A DNA stretch of 40,034 nt from IMG/VR virus record IMGVR_UViG_3300036944_000427, positions 1 to 40,034 of that record; one strand, given 5' to 3'. A program made the translations under genes and the position numbers. The notes beneath the pieces were generated by a model, which did not search any database, had not been told where the DNA came from, and worked only from the letters and a program-made list of their open reading frames with translations. Source of the stretch: a virus. Positions 39,839 to 40,034 of the stretch are shown here, in pieces; positions within the stretch are counted from its first letter, which is position 1, and every line of letters begins with the position of its first letter.

Positions 39839-39919
39839 TATGCCATGCCATGACCATATGCCCCCGCTGCTAGGCCATGCGAGCACGCTAGGGCAGGGGG
39901 GATGGATCATGCGCTTTCA

Positions 39920-40034
39920 GCATGATGGGCAGGGTCTGGATATTTGGCGAAAGGCGGAGGGGGCGCGTGGCGGCAGCCCAAAGGTGTTATGTTATAACAT
40001 CACGGGTATCTTTGGACGATTCAGACAATATCGT
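39920..40034. repeat. Terminal direct repeat, copy B (identical to 1-115)
   Basis: See copy A. Confidence 0.95.

Noticed and set aside
39634-39857. Minus-strand ORFs of 70 and 66 aa upstream of terS
   Set aside because: Their translations are Pro/Gly runs produced by the homopolymer G/C tracts. They have no start context and lie in the non-coding control region.

Overview
The window is one complete phage genome. Bases 1-115 recur exactly at 39920-40034, so the unit is 39,919 bp, either a circular or circularly permuted assembly or a short direct terminal repeat. A non-coding control region of about 0.9 kb (39549-39919 joined to 1-563) separates two divergent arms. (1) A rightward early arm (564-7719, +) holds about 21 small, mostly translationally coupled genes. 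These include a C5-methyltransferase-like gene, a PAPS-reductase-fold gene, an OmpR-type wHTH regulator and a clear GcrA homologue, which points to an alphaproteobacterial host. The arm ends at a bidirectional terminator (7722-7760). (2) An inverted replication module (11305-7759, -) encodes a Cro-like HTH, a primase/RecA-type helicase fusion and an SF3 helicase. (3) A rightward recombination module (11437-14917, +) encodes an AAA_24/Sak4-like ATPase, a DUF669 protein, a Cas4-like nuclease and a RuvC-like resolvase. (4) A 24.6-kb leftward late arm (39548-14914, -) has P22-like morphogenesis genes: TerS, TerL, portal, scaffold, P22-type coat, gp4-like adaptor and gp10-like hub. It also carries fibres/tailspike, ejection proteins and a five-gene lysis cassette. 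I found no integrase, tRNA, CRISPR array, DNA polymerase or reverse transcriptase. The most unusual parts are: the chained methyltransferase / acidic protein / PAPS-reductase-like / Cys4 microprotein / wHTH island (2912-5582); a seven-gene insertion of about 4 kb between portal and scaffold (30644-34687), which includes a low-GC HNH-AP2 homing endonuclease; a SPRY-like plus glycine-rich virion protein; and the repeat-, palindrome- and G-tract-rich control region. All functions are inferred by eye from motifs and synteny. No searches were run.
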